The notes under the pieces: generated by a model
Seen by the model: the letters and a program-made list of their open reading frames with translations, nothing else
Database searches by the model: none
Told to the model about the DNA's origin: nothing
Translations under genes and position numbers: made by a program
Assembly: GCA_018661705.1 (NCBI GenBank)
Contig: JABJHR010000001.1
Span: 47,042 to 111,041, forward strand
DNA length: 64,000 nt
Reading direction: 5' to 3'
DNA from: Candidatus Woesearchaeota archaeon
GTDB lineage: Archaea > Nanobdellota > Nanobdellia > Woesearchaeales > DSVV01
Part shown: positions 7,485 to 16,975 of the stretch, in pieces
Position numbering within the stretch: the first letter of the stretch is position 1
Layout of the letters: each line of letters opens with the position of its first letter

Positions 7485-10151
7485 ATGTCTTCGAGAATTA
7501 TTTTCTATGGGGGAGTAGATGAGATTGGAGGTAATATGTTCCTTTTAGAGGACACTTTAGAAGATAAAGTTGTAAGAGTTTTATTTGATTTTGGTTTAAA
7601 CTTCAGTAGGCAAGGTGAATTATTTAGTTTTCCTGAAGGAGTAAGAAAGTATAATGCCTTGTCTATGTTCTTTGAATTGGGTGTATATTCAATTATGCAA
7701 CAAGCAAGAGGTGTTTATAGACAGGATTATCTCAGAAGAATGGGTCTTGAACCTACAAAAGAACCTACTTTAGATGCTCTTGTTTTATCACACCCCCACA
7801 TAGATCATGCTGCAGGTATACATTTGTTAAGACCAGATATTCCAATCTATATGAGTCAAGGTGCTAAAAAAGTTCTTTGGAATTTAGAAACAACATCATC
7901 AACACCTTTTAATGAATTTTTACTTTTCAAATATTTAGGTGGGCATGCTTTACATACAAAACAAGATCGATTTACATTTATTAGTGGAGATTCTGTTGCA
8001 ATGCCAAGAGATATAAGAGTATTTAATGAAGCTACAAGTGAAAAAAAGGGTGAAAGTTTTAATGTTGGTCATGTCAAGGTTGAATCTTATGGTGTTGATC
8101 ATTCTGTTCCTGGATCTTGTGGTTTTATAATACATACTTCTTCTGGGCCTGTAGTTTTTACAGGAGATTTAAGATTAAGAGGAAGAAAAGGAAAAGAAAC
8201 TAAATATTTTATTCAAAAAGCAAAAGAAGCAAAGCCAAAATATATGTTATGTGAAGGAACTGGTCTTTCAAAAACTGATAGTGGAACTGAAGAGGATATT
8301 GTTAAAAATTTAACACAGATTGTAAAAAAGACAACTGGTCTTGTTGTTGTTGATTATGCAGGAAGAAACATGGATAGAATTGTTTCCATGGCCGAGGTTG
8401 CAAAAAAAACAGGAAGAATACAAGTTATTGATTCAAGACAGGCAAATTTGTTAGAACAATTTAGAAATGATGGTATGTATCCTAAATTAGGGAGTACTAA
8501 TCTCAGAGTTTTTTTACCTAGAAAAGGTAGTGGTAGTAAAGGCCTTGACGTACCTCCTGATTTTGTTACGCGTGATTATTTTAAATGGGAAAGAAGATTT
8601 TTAACCATGAATAAACGAGCAAGAACTGCTGATGGTGGTGGTACAGAACCATTGGATGTTTCTATTAAAGAACTTCAAGAGCATCCAGAAAAATTTATTT
8701 TATTTCTAAACAGAGCAAGTTTTTATTCATTTATTGAAATAAAACCACCAAAGGGAAGTTTATACATAAGGTCAAACGTGAATCCTTTTAATGAAGAAAT
8801 GAAAATGGGTGAAAAGAAATTATTAAATTGGTTAAAATTATTTAATCTTCTTAAACAACGTGATTTGTTATCAATGATGGATTCTAGTGCAGCAGTTATT
8901 CCTAGTGTGCATATCAGTGGTCATGTAAATGAAACGGAGTTAGAATGGCTTACTAATTATATTGCTCCTGAAAATTTAATTCCAATTCATACAGACGCCG
9001 CTTACACACAACGTTTTAGAGATGTATTTGATGGTAATGTTATTTTTGTTGGAAGAGATCAAGCTTTAGATCTCGATACTGGAAAAGCAAGAAAAGTTCA
9101 AACTGGTTTAAGAATTGATTTAGAAAGAAAAGTTACAGATAAAACTAGAAAAAAATTCAAGAAACTTCATGGAGTAAAAAAAGATTCAATAATTATAGAT
9201 GCAAGAAAAGTTGGTAGTTATTTATTTTGTAATTATTCTTATTATTTAGATTCTTTAATTAGAGATGGTGGGATGCTACCAATGTCCGGGTTAGTTGCCA
9301 GGAGCTTATGGTTGAAAGATATTTTTAGAAATCTGATTCCAAGAGAAAATGGTAAGCTAAAATTGTTTGTTGGAGAAAATTTAGATTATATTGGGGATCT
9401 TAAAGGAGAAGAACTTGCAGAACATCTTAAATTCAAATCAGCAGAATCATTTGCAAATAACGCAATGAGTTTTCAATGGCTTAATACTTTTATTAAATTT
9501 GGTAGGAAATATGATAGAGAGATTTATTGGGCACCTCCTGTTTATAGTCTTAAAGGGTTAAGTAAGCCATTAAGAAAAATTTGTCAAAATTATTACAATT
9601 TTCTTTTGGATACAGGTCTTCCAATATTGAACTGGTCTGGTAGGAAAGTTGCATTTTTCCATGAAGATGAAAGATATGTTGTTAATTTTAATTGGCTTAG
9701 AAATGGAATGCAGGTCGGTGCTGATAAAATTGCGTCTAAAAAATTAAAACAGTCAGAGCTTGATCAGGATTGGTTAGTTACATTAAAACTTTTGGCTTAT
9801 TGTACTATTGGGCATGAAGTAAGGGCAGACAGAATGAAGTGGGGAATTGAAGATGAAATCGCAAGAAAATGGGGCGGGCATGAAATGTATATTGATCCAC
9901 AAATTCAATATGTTGTTCATGATCTGCCAAATGAAAGGCTTTATAGCACCACAAGAACAGATGAAGATATTCCTGCAATGCTTAAAGTAATTCATGAAGC
10001 AAAAGAAGGAATTGATGCAATGTCATTTGAGCCTAATTTTGATAATTGTTTGAAATGTTCATACAATATTCAAGGTTATGATGGTGAACCAATATGTAAA
10101 AAAAGAAATCCCGATGTTGCTATGTTTAGACCAAGGGAAGATAAGAAATGA
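7485..10151 (+). CDS. RNase J-like MBL/beta-CASP nuclease fused to a C-terminal PD-(D/E)XK (Cas4/AddB-like) four-cysteine domain
   Basis: GGVDEIGGN, SHPHIDH, DHS, TGD, EGT, HISGH and IPIHT; the C-terminal part has YLFCNYSYYL...NCLKC...IC. Confidence 0.8.
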   Translation: MSSRIIFYGGVDEIGGNMFLLEDTLEDKVVRVLFDFGLNFSRQGELFSFPEGVRKYNALSMFFELGVYSIMQQARGVYRQDYLRRMGLEPTKEPTLDALVLSHPHIDHAAGIHLLRPDIPIYMSQGAKKVLWNLETTSSTPFNEFLLFKYLGGHALHTKQDRFTFISGDSVAMPRDIRVFNEATSEKKGESFNVGHVKVESYGVDHSVPGSCGFIIHTSSGPVVFTGDLRLRGRKGKETKYFIQKAKEAKPKYMLCEGTGLSKTDSGTEEDIVKNLTQIVKKTTGLVVVDYAGRNMDRIVSMAEVAKKTGRIQVIDSRQANLLEQFRNDGMYPKLGSTNLRVFLPRKGSGSKGLDVPPDFVTRDYFKWERRFLTMNKRARTADGGGTEPLDVSIKELQEHPEKFILFLNRASFYSFIEIKPPKGSLYIRSNVNPFNEEMKMGEKKLLNWLKLFNLLKQRDLLSMMDSSAAVIPSVHISGHVNETELEWLTNYIAPENLIPIHTDAAYTQRFRDVFDGNVIFVGRDQALDLDTGKARKVQTGLRIDLERKVTDKTRKKFKKLHGVKKDSIIIDARKVGSYLFCNYSYYLDSLIRDGGMLPMSGLVARSLWLKDIFRNLIPRENGKLKLFVGENLDYIGDLKGEELAEHLKFKSAESFANNAMSFQWLNTFIKFGRKYDREIYWAPPVYSLKGLSKPLRKICQNYYNFLLDTGLPILNWSGRKVAFFHEDERYVVNFNWLRNGMQVGADKIASKKLKQSELDQDWLVTLKLLAYCTIGHEVRADRMKWGIEDEIARKWGGHEMYIDPQIQYVVHDLPNERLYSTTRTDEDIPAMLKVIHEAKEGIDAMSFEPNFDNCLKCSYNIQGYDGEPICKKRNPDVAMFRPREDKK

Positions 10152-10302
10152 TTTATTGGTTATGATTTTTTCTATTTCTCTATCCTTGCATGTCGTGGGG
10201 GCCTTATGCAATTTACGGATATATTGGTACCAACCAACATTAACTACTATATAATAGGTAAAAAACAAAACATTTATAAAAGAGGAGTACATTTGAAAGC
10301 TT

Positions 10303-10625
10303 TGTAGGGGGATGATTGACTATCGGTGTTTAATTATACTGAGGAAAGTCTGCCCATCAATGCTCTTCGGAGTTGAAAGTGCCACTCAATGAGATCCTTA
10401 ACAGGATGGCAACCACTCAGAAACGATACCACCTTGGAAATGGGATGATATGGCGAAGTTTCTTGCGAAAGAAATGAGTTCCCATTGACGTCTTTCAAGG
10501 AAAGGATGAAACGGTGAGCCCTGGCTGATGCAAGTACAGAATGTACGCTAAGTAGAATGTCAATGCACCTGTTCGTTGTTTAATCCAGCGAAGGTGAACA
10601 GAAGGCAGCTTACATTCCCTCTACA
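10303..10625 (+). ncRNA. rnpB: RNase P RNA
   Basis: GAGGAAAGTC (CR I), CAGAAAC, GATGAAACGG, GCAAG and AACAGAAGGCAGCTTAC (CR V); P1 TGTAGGGGGATG/CATTCCCTCTACA; TATA TTTATAAAA at 10273; T-tract downstream. Confidence 0.93.
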
Positions 10626-10646
10626 TTCTTTTTATTTTGGATATTT

Positions 10647-11537
10647 TCATTTTCTCATCCCAAGTTTATCAAGCATATTAAGTGCCTCTTTATCAAACTT
10701 TGAGAAAGCGAACCATTTCTTACCGAGATCTTTTAATGAAGCTCCAAAATGATATACTTTTTTGTTGTCAATTATTAAAAATCTGTCGTGCGCTTGCTTA
10801 AACATTTTTACTTCAATAAATGGATATTGTGCATTGTATTTGATTAAGTCAAGCGATAACTGTTTAGAAATTTTTTTGGTGAATATAGTCACATCTACTT
10901 TTTTATTCTTTTTGCTGAAGAGAGTTAAGATAGAATCATCAATGTAATTGTCAATGAGAACTATTGAATTCTCAGCAGTTCTAATCAAGTCTGAAACAAA
11001 TTTGTATGCATCAAATATTTGTCCGTCAAAGAATACGCCTTTTTCAGGTTTTATGCTTCTGCTCTGGATTGTATCAAGTATCTTCTCAAATTTTTTATCA
11101 TACTCTACAAGTTTTGTTTCGACTAAATTTAGTCTCCCAAAAATCTGTGTATTTGATGAAATAAAGCGTCTCATTGCAATAAAAACGCTTATTATCTGTA
11201 TACTTATTTTAATAGCAATGTCACTTTTCAAAACTCCTGAAAGCATTGCCACACCTTGTTCAGTGAATACATAAGGTGGTTTTCTTCTACCGCCCCAACT
11301 TGAAGTCACAATTTGTGACCTCAAGTTATCAAACTCCTTAGTTGATAATTGAAACATGAAATTATTTGGGAATCTAAATTTATTTCTTTTAACTGCTTGA
11401 TTTAATACTTTAGTTTCTACGTTATACCATTTTGCCAAATCTTTATCTAATATTACTTGCAAACCCCTTATTGTATAAATCTTATCTTTTATTTTGTCTA
11501 TATTTGTTATTATTATTTTATTTTTCAAATTATGCAC
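10647..11537 (-). CDS. ORF6N (KilA-N-like) DNA-binding domain protein with a PLD-like C-terminal domain
   Basis: IRGLQVILDKDLA..Y.VETKVLNQAVKRN..RFP..FMFQL and FTEQGVAMLS; C-terminal HDRFLIID...GASLKDLG. The start may be TTG 11528. Confidence 0.9.
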   Translation of the reverse strand: MHNLKNKIIITNIDKIKDKIYTIRGLQVILDKDLAKWYNVETKVLNQAVKRNKFRFPNNFMFQLSTKEFDNLRSQIVTSSWGGRRKPPYVFTEQGVAMLSGVLKSDIAIKISIQIISVFIAMRRFISSNTQIFGRLNLVETKLVEYDKKFEKILDTIQSRSIKPEKGVFFDGQIFDAYKFVSDLIRTAENSIVLIDNYIDDSILTLFSKKNKKVDVTIFTKKISKQLSLDLIKYNAQYPFIEVKMFKQAHDRFLIIDNKKVYHFGASLKDLGKKWFAFSKFDKEALNMLDKLGMRK

Positions 11538-11810
11538 CTCTTTTCAAGTTAATATTGGTGTTTGATTGTTTTCCTCCGCAAACTTTTCGAAATAATCCTT
11601 TTTTAGTTTGTGTGTAATTTAAGTTAGAAGTCAAACTGATTAATAAATTCTTCTCGTCGTTAATCGGAAGATTTACGAATATTCTTCTCATAATCTCTTT
11701 CTACATTAACATAATCAGAAGAGGATATTATTCCTGTAAAATATACTAAATTTAAAACTTTGCCAAAGATTGCAAAAAATTCTAACAAAAAAGAGCATTT
11801 GTAATTTTAA

Positions 11811-12061
11811 TTTTCTTTAGTAAACAAAGTATTAGTAAAAAATAAAAAAGTACTAACATTAAACAAAAAAAAATCCTAGTGAAAAAGAGAGCATCCGCAA
11901 TTGTAATCTTCTTTAGTAAACAAAGTATTAGCAAAAAATAAAGAAATACTAAAATTAAAAAAAGAAAAATCCTAGTGAAAAAGGAGCATCCGCAATTGTT
12001 GAAGAGTATTATACCGCATGTCACACTACAACACTAGGTCCGAAGGACATGTTTCTCACAA
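11811..12061 (+). repeat. Family B structured repeat with a 96-bp tandem duplication of its left part
   Basis: TTCTTTAGTAAACAAAG at 11813 and 11909; CCTAGTGAAAAA at 11875 and 11971; then ...CACTACAACACTAGGTCCGAAGGACATG. Confidence 0.85.
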
Positions 12062-12094
12062 TTTTTATTTTTTTCAAAAAAACAATAGAAATAA

Positions 12095-13222
12095 CTAAGC
12101 TCTTTTAATGATAACAACTTTCATATTTTTCTTTCCTTGCATTATATCTCGTTCTTCTGCGATCTTGAATTTTTGCATTGCCTCATTTCTTTTAAAACAT
12201 GTTTTTAGGAAATCTGTTTTTTCCATTATAGCAACCATTAAACCAGCTTCATCAAGAATATAATCTAGTTGATAAAAGAATTCTTTGTAAAGTTTTTCAA
12301 TGTCTCCTTCATTTGTTGTTTTTGAAAGTTCAGGTAATCTTGTAACTATTTTATCAATTTGATTTTGATCTAGCTTTGTATCTAACCATTCAATATCTAC
12401 TTTGCTGATAATAATATTTTTATTAACACCTGCAATTTGTGCATTTTTCTTTGTTGCTTGCATGAAGTTCATTAATTTATCGTATGCAATTATTTTGCCT
12501 TTTACTTCTTTGAAATCATCAAATTTCTTAGGATCTATTTTTAAGAATCTTGTAAATAATAATTTATCTTTTCTATAAAAATTAGGGGACATATTTTTCA
12601 TGTACGATGCAGCCTCAATTGGAATAATGCCAGAATTACAAAAAGGATCTAAAATTATATCTTTTTTCTTAACTTTTGCAATTCTTAATAATGCATAACC
12701 TAAGGCGCCATTTAATGAGCTGCCAATGGAAAATATTTTGTATTCTCTTTTACTCAAATTCATGCCTGCAAAATCAACACCAATGTAAAGGCTGTTTTCA
12801 TTTACAAAAACATAAATAATTCTTTCTGGATTGTTCATCACAACCTTTGTTTTGTGTTTCTTGAATAATAATTCTCCAACTGTTTCTGCAATTTGTTGTG
12901 ATGCAAAATCATGATCGCCAATTCTTTCACAAACTACTTTAAAACTTTTTTTTTCTAACCATTCTTCTGTTTTTAGTTCTTCAACTAACTGAACAATTAA
13001 TGGAAGAACATCATCAAACTTATTATTTATCTTAGCTCTGCCTAATAACACCATTGTTCTCTTAATGCTTTTGCCAAGATAAGTTAATTTTGCTAACTTT
13101 TCAGCATTAGTATCAAAAACAACTGCAGAATCCTCTACAAACGCAACTTCATCAGTAATTTCTTCTACTTCCTTAGCAGCAACATCTTCAATGCCCTTAT
13201 TACAAATAGCTAATCCTTTCAT
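12095..13222 (-). CDS. THUMP-domain RNA methyltransferase (Trm14/RlmL-like), degenerate motifs
   Basis: MKGLAICNKGIE start, THUMP region, LSKREY and DPFCNSG; the NPPY motif is replaced by TRLP. Confidence 0.8.
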   Translation of the reverse strand: MKGLAICNKGIEDVAAKEVEEITDEVAFVEDSAVVFDTNAEKLAKLTYLGKSIKRTMVLLGRAKINNKFDDVLPLIVQLVEELKTEEWLEKKSFKVVCERIGDHDFASQQIAETVGELLFKKHKTKVVMNNPERIIYVFVNENSLYIGVDFAGMNLSKREYKIFSIGSSLNGALGYALLRIAKVKKKDIILDPFCNSGIIPIEAASYMKNMSPNFYRKDKLLFTRFLKIDPKKFDDFKEVKGKIIAYDKLMNFMQATKKNAQIAGVNKNIIISKVDIEWLDTKLDQNQIDKIVTRLPELSKTTNEGDIEKLYKEFFYQLDYILDEAGLMVAIMEKTDFLKTCFKRNEAMQKFKIAEERDIMQGKKNMKVVIIKRA

Positions 13223-13311
13223 AAGAATGGGGATGTTTGGGGGGTTTAAATAGGTTTTGGAAAGGGAGAAATTTAATAATCTTGTTTGATGAAATAATAA
13301 TGTTATATGAT

Positions 13312-13405
13312 GAAAAAACAACAACATCGGCACAGACGGACTTTTTCTCTTTTTGTTCGAAAAAATCCTACTCAGCTTCGCTTTGCCTGGCCATGTTGTT
13401 TTTTC
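13312..13405 (-). repeat. Family A three-way-junction repeat, copy 3
   Basis: Minus strand: GGCCAGGCAA-AGC GAA GCT-GAGTA-GGATTTTTT..AAAAAGTCC-GTCTGTGCC. Confidence 0.9.
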
Positions 13406-13441
13406 TATAATATGGTAATAATCTTATTATTTTAAGAAAAA

Positions 13442-14422
13442 TTAAACTAACCAACCCTGTAAAAAGTTAATCAAATAACCAACAATAATAATTCCAACTG
13501 TCACAATTGCAAAGAATATCAGTATTAATCTTAGCTTCATTGCTCTTCTTAAGATGATTGCTTCTGGTAAGCTAAGAGCAGCAGTTGCCATCATAAATGC
13601 TAGTGCAGTGCCTAATGGAATGCCTTTCTGGAATAATACTACAGCTATTGGAACAATTGCGGCACAGCTTCCATACATTGGAACTCCTAATAAAGTTGCA
13701 ATAGGGACTGTAAATATGCCACCTTTAAAAATAATTGCTTGGATTGTTGCTTCAGGAACAAAATTATGAATTCCTGCACCAATTGCAACACCAACTATAA
13801 CCCATAACCATAATTTCTTTGTGATTGAAACTGCTTCTTTTATTCCAAAATTAATTCTATCCATAAATGTTTTGTATGTTTGTAGTTTTTCTGCTTTTGC
13901 TTTCTTTGCTTTTGTTTTTACTTTATTAATCATATCTTTAACAAGATGTTTCTCTAGTTTCATTTTTCCAAGAATAATTCCTGCAAAAACACCTATTAAT
14001 ATTCCAAACACAACATATGCTGCAGTAATTTTCCAGCCAAAAAATCCCCACATTAAAACTACTAAATATTCATTAACTAATGGAGAAGTTATTAGAAATG
14101 AGAATGTAACTCCTAAAGGAACACCTGCTTTAATAAAGCTTAAGAATAATGGAATGGATGAACATGAACAAAATGGCGTTATGGCTCCAAATAATGATGC
14201 AAACAAATTTGAAATCCCAAATTTACCCTTACTCAACCATTTTTTGATTTTTTCTGGTGGAATATAAGTTCTTAAGAATCCAACAATTGCAATCATTACA
14301 AATAACAATAAAATTATTTTGATTGAATCATAAATAAAAAAATGAAGTGCTTCACCTAACCTTGTCTCTGCATTTAATTTAAACACATTAAATACTAACC
14401 ATTCTGTGAATATTTCTAACAT
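13442..14422 (-). CDS. ArsP/DUF318-family permease
   Basis: TPFCSCSSIP, FLITSPLVNE, GVPMY and ALSLPE motifs. Confidence 0.9.
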   Translation of the reverse strand: MLEIFTEWLVFNVFKLNAETRLGEALHFFIYDSIKIILLLFVMIAIVGFLRTYIPPEKIKKWLSKGKFGISNLFASLFGAITPFCSCSSIPLFLSFIKAGVPLGVTFSFLITSPLVNEYLVVLMWGFFGWKITAAYVVFGILIGVFAGIILGKMKLEKHLVKDMINKVKTKAKKAKAEKLQTYKTFMDRINFGIKEAVSITKKLWLWVIVGVAIGAGIHNFVPEATIQAIIFKGGIFTVPIATLLGVPMYGSCAAIVPIAVVLFQKGIPLGTALAFMMATAALSLPEAIILRRAMKLRLILIFFAIVTVGIIIVGYLINFLQGWLV

Positions 14423-14526
14423 TTTTTATCCTTACAACAACATGATAGTTTCTTTGCTTTCTTTTCTAGCTTTTTATCAAATTTATCCATCATGTTTTCT
14501 AAGAATGATTTCTTATTCTTTTTCAT
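14416..14526 (-). CDS. 36-aa Cys-tailed mini-protein, putative metal(loid)-binding
   Basis: Translated by hand: MKKNKKSFLENMMDKFDKKLEKKAKKLSCCCKDKKC*; its end overlaps the permease start. Confidence 0.7.
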   Translation of the reverse strand: MKKNKKSFLENMMDKFDKKLEKKAKKLSCCCKDKKC

Positions 14527-14627
14527 ATTTGTGGTTATATGTTATGTGGTTTATATTGGTTGTGGTTATTATTCATTAACTTTAAAAACCAATCTTAATT
14601 TCTTTATTTTAGTTTTGGTGAAGAAAT

Positions 14628-15620
14628 ATGTATGAGAAAGATATAGCAGTGATTGAAGAAGTTGAAATGGATTTAACTATCTTGGATTTATTTGCAAGTG
14701 ATTTTGTTCAAAAGCAACTTAGATGTTTTGTTACAGGGAATGAATATGATCAAATTACAACAATTTCTATTGTGCCATCTGAATCACTAGGTAATAATCT
14801 TTTCCAATATTCCTTTGATTTAGATTTTCAAAAACAGTGGAATATGGATGTTCTTGCTAGTACTGGAAAAGTGAAGATAAATTTTAATGCAGATTTAGAA
14901 TCTTTGGGTGGCGGTAGAGTTAAAAAACATACTGTTGGTAGTATAGATAATCTTGTTTTAGATTCAATTAAAGGATTTGGAAAGAAAAGACCATTTAGTT
15001 TTAGTTTTCCTCAAAATAATGAATCAAATGCTCCTGATAATACTTTCTCATTTGAAGTTGCTAATGTTGGGGGTGTAGAATTGCTTTTACCTGCTTCAGA
15101 AATAACAACTCATTTACCTTCAAAGAAGGATTCTTTTTTTAGATACATTTATTCTGGTATATTAAAAGAAATGGGGATTAGTCATCCGCATTTATCTGGT
15201 CAAGATGAATTTAGTTATACAAAAGGAGGTTATGGTGTTTCAGCAGATGTTCAAGCAGCAATCTATTCAAAATTACATTCTATGGTAAAACTTAAAATGC
15301 AATCTGGTAACCATAGAATAGGATATTCCATAGCTCGTACAGGGAATAATGATTTAAGACTTGAAATGGAATTGTTTACATCAAGTGCTGCATTTGCTCC
15401 AACTTATATAGATCATCTTAGAATTATGCAAATGGCTTTAAAACCTTCCTCATCTCCCAGCATGGAACCATTACCTAGAGCAACTACCAAGTATTTCTTA
15501 GAAACTTTAGGCAAGCATTTAGAATGTGGGCCAACTGATATTGTTAAAAAGGATAGATATTTTATATCAGCATATAGAAAACAACCTCAGGCAGAAGTAA
15601 TGAAAATAGCACAACGTTAG
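14628..15620 (+). CDS. hypothetical protein
   Basis: 330-aa ORF with SD GGTGA; no motif recognised. Confidence 0.65.
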   Translation: MYEKDIAVIEEVEMDLTILDLFASDFVQKQLRCFVTGNEYDQITTISIVPSESLGNNLFQYSFDLDFQKQWNMDVLASTGKVKINFNADLESLGGGRVKKHTVGSIDNLVLDSIKGFGKKRPFSFSFPQNNESNAPDNTFSFEVANVGGVELLLPASEITTHLPSKKDSFFRYIYSGILKEMGISHPHLSGQDEFSYTKGGYGVSADVQAAIYSKLHSMVKLKMQSGNHRIGYSIARTGNNDLRLEMELFTSSAAFAPTYIDHLRIMQMALKPSSSPSMEPLPRATTKYFLETLGKHLECGPTDIVKKDRYFISAYRKQPQAEVMKIAQR

Positions 15621-16813
15621 AAAAATTCTCCTAATTTCATTTGTTCTTGCATATTTCTTAATAATAAACTTTGATCTAATATTCCGTTAACATTAAATCC
15701 AAATTTCTTACTGCCAACTAATTTTGCATAGTTTAATAATAATTCTTTGCTGGCAAATTCAATTGGTTTGTTTGCTAAAGCAGCTCTTGTTGCTTGACGA
15801 CAAACCCAAACTCCAAGTGGTGCAATGTATTCATTAGGATTAATAAATCTTAATGCTAAAACACCTGCTTGTCTTTTTATTGATTTTAGTTTTTCTAGTA
15901 TTGCAATTCTTGCTGCATAATAACCACCAGCAGTTTCATAAGCATATGCTTTTCTGCCTTGAAAACTTTCATAATCAGTTGCAAAACTATTTTGTTCAGT
16001 AATTATCATTTCAAATAATTCATAACTCCAAACTTCTGGAAACATTAATATCAAATAATAATTTCCTTGGTAACCTCCAAAGTATGCTAAGTAATTAGTT
16101 GTTTGAAAATCTTTTACTTCTGAAACTATTTGTTTTCCAATTAAATCATCGACTGCAGTTATGCTCCATCTTGTCGGAACTAGTTTTCTATTTTTTTTCA
16201 TTCCCAAATTTGCTAGTGAGAAAACTTTTGTTAGATAATGTTCATCAAAACCTTTATCATATAATGAATAAACGGCATCGTTTGCTTTGAAATATATATC
16301 ATCAACTGCTTTTTCTACCTGCTGAGGGATTTTTGGATTTTCTGTGATCATTGCTTTTTTAATTCCAACTTTTGGGCCGTGAGGCATTGCATCATCAAAC
16401 ATTGTCAGCGAATGTTGTGGTTTTTTTGTTAAATTAATTTCAACATCAACAGGTTTACTTGCAAGAGAAATTTCTTGAGACATCTCTAAAAGTTTATTAT
16501 CAAATGTTTTAATGTTTGCTCGGAACTGAGAATTAATTAATTGAGTTCTTAAATCAATTATTTTAGGAATAGTAGTTCCTTCTTTTACCCAAGTTAAAGG
16601 TTCATCATGTTTTTGATAATCCTCAACATTCATAATTCCTACATTTATGTTAGGATACCCAAATTTTCCAACAAATAAATTAGGGGATGCTCCAAAATAA
16701 TCTTGTTTTGCTGCTTTATTGAACTTTTCCTTTGCATCTAACTTTATTTTCTTTGGATCTAAACCATGGAAGTGTAATTTCCTTCCTTTATCCTTGATGT
16801 ATGATATATTCAT
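15617..16813 (-). CDS. nreA: Nre-family DNA repair protein
   Basis: FVGKFGYP, RKLVPTRWSITAVD, GGYYAAR and PLGVW; C-terminal PIP box QMKLGEFF. Confidence 0.9.
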   Translation of the reverse strand: MNISYIKDKGRKLHFHGLDPKKIKLDAKEKFNKAAKQDYFGASPNLFVGKFGYPNINVGIMNVEDYQKHDEPLTWVKEGTTIPKIIDLRTQLINSQFRANIKTFDNKLLEMSQEISLASKPVDVEINLTKKPQHSLTMFDDAMPHGPKVGIKKAMITENPKIPQQVEKAVDDIYFKANDAVYSLYDKGFDEHYLTKVFSLANLGMKKNRKLVPTRWSITAVDDLIGKQIVSEVKDFQTTNYLAYFGGYQGNYYLILMFPEVWSYELFEMIITEQNSFATDYESFQGRKAYAYETAGGYYAARIAILEKLKSIKRQAGVLALRFINPNEYIAPLGVWVCRQATRAALANKPIEFASKELLLNYAKLVGSKKFGFNVNGILDQSLLLRNMQEQMKLGEFF

Positions 16814-16852
16814 GTTTAGGTGGGATATGTTGTTTAATATAAAGGTTTTTGA

Positions 16853-16935
16853 TAAGGTAATAAAGGTTCTAAGGGTAGGAAAGGTTGAAAAAACCTTTCA
16901 AACTCTTATTACCTTTAAAACCTTTCAAACCTTTT
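16853..16935. repeat. Family D nonamer-based fold-back spacer
   Basis: TAAGGTAATAAAGGTTCTAAGGGTAGGAAAGGT / ACCTTTCAAAC..ACCTTT; near-identical copy at 30830-30900. Confidence 0.75.
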
Positions 16936-16975
16936 CATAGAAACCTTTTAATACAACCCCGCCATCTTTCATATC

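Noticed and set aside
11782-12024. 80-aa ORF with an internal repeat (also 19895..20119 and 19971..20195)
   Set aside because: These are translations of Family B repeat DNA or of the antisense strand of the neighbouring gene.
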